From: Macrostomum lignano
Lineage: Eukaryota
NCBI GenBank assembly: GCA_002269645.1
Contig: NIVC01002293.1
Span: 124,001 to 188,000 of the forward strand
Length of the DNA stretch: 64,000 bases
Direction: 5' to 3'
Position numbers and translations under genes: made by a program. Within the stretch, counting starts at the first letter, position 1, and every line of letters starts with the position of its first letter. Positions 63,887-64,000 of the stretch are shown piece by piece. Below the pieces are notes generated by a model. That model worked only from the letters and a program-made list of their open reading frames with translations. It had not been told where the DNA came from and made no database searches.

Positions 63887-63895
63887 TTTTTTTTT
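63887..63895 (+). terminator. RNA polymerase III terminator (T9)
   Basis: T-run immediately after tRNA-Phe. Confidence 0.85.
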
Positions 63896-64000
63896 ATTCT
63901 TGGCGTAAATTTTTCCGCAAATAATGGACTTCAGGAAATTCATATATATATAAAGAAAGCGAAAATTACAATTCGGAACTTGAAGCATTTTCGAAAAAAA

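Overview
Eukaryotic (animal) genomic DNA. GC3-rich, intron-poor genes are embedded in many mini/microsatellite arrays and transposon debris. This architecture is typical of a free-living flatworm such as Macrostomum; the organism call is inference. Supported host genes: a two-exon secreted single-WSC-domain protein (-), a four-exon adducin-family gene (+), an intronless biogenic-amine (dopamine D1-like/Dop1R2-type) GPCR (+), an intronless and divergent RPL23/uL14 (-), a two-exon cationic amino acid transporter of the SLC7A1-4 family (-), and tRNA-Phe(GAA) (+). Mobile DNA includes RNase H-bearing non-LTR fragments, RTE-like RT fragments, a deleted mariner and a Merlin element with both TIRs and a TSD. 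There is also a decayed spliced hAT-like transposase and several MITEs with exact 8-bp TSDs, two of them nested. Most long ORFs in the supplied track are translations of tandem repeats. No CRISPR or prokaryote-type system is present. Best leads: (1) a tandem array built from the adducin exon-1/5' splice-site junction; (2) a CpG-deamination footprint on old transposons but not on genes; (3) a divergent intronless RPL23 paralog; (4) dispersed elements that carry their own minisatellites; (5) acceptor-like sites just upstream of all five start codons, suggesting SL trans-splicing.
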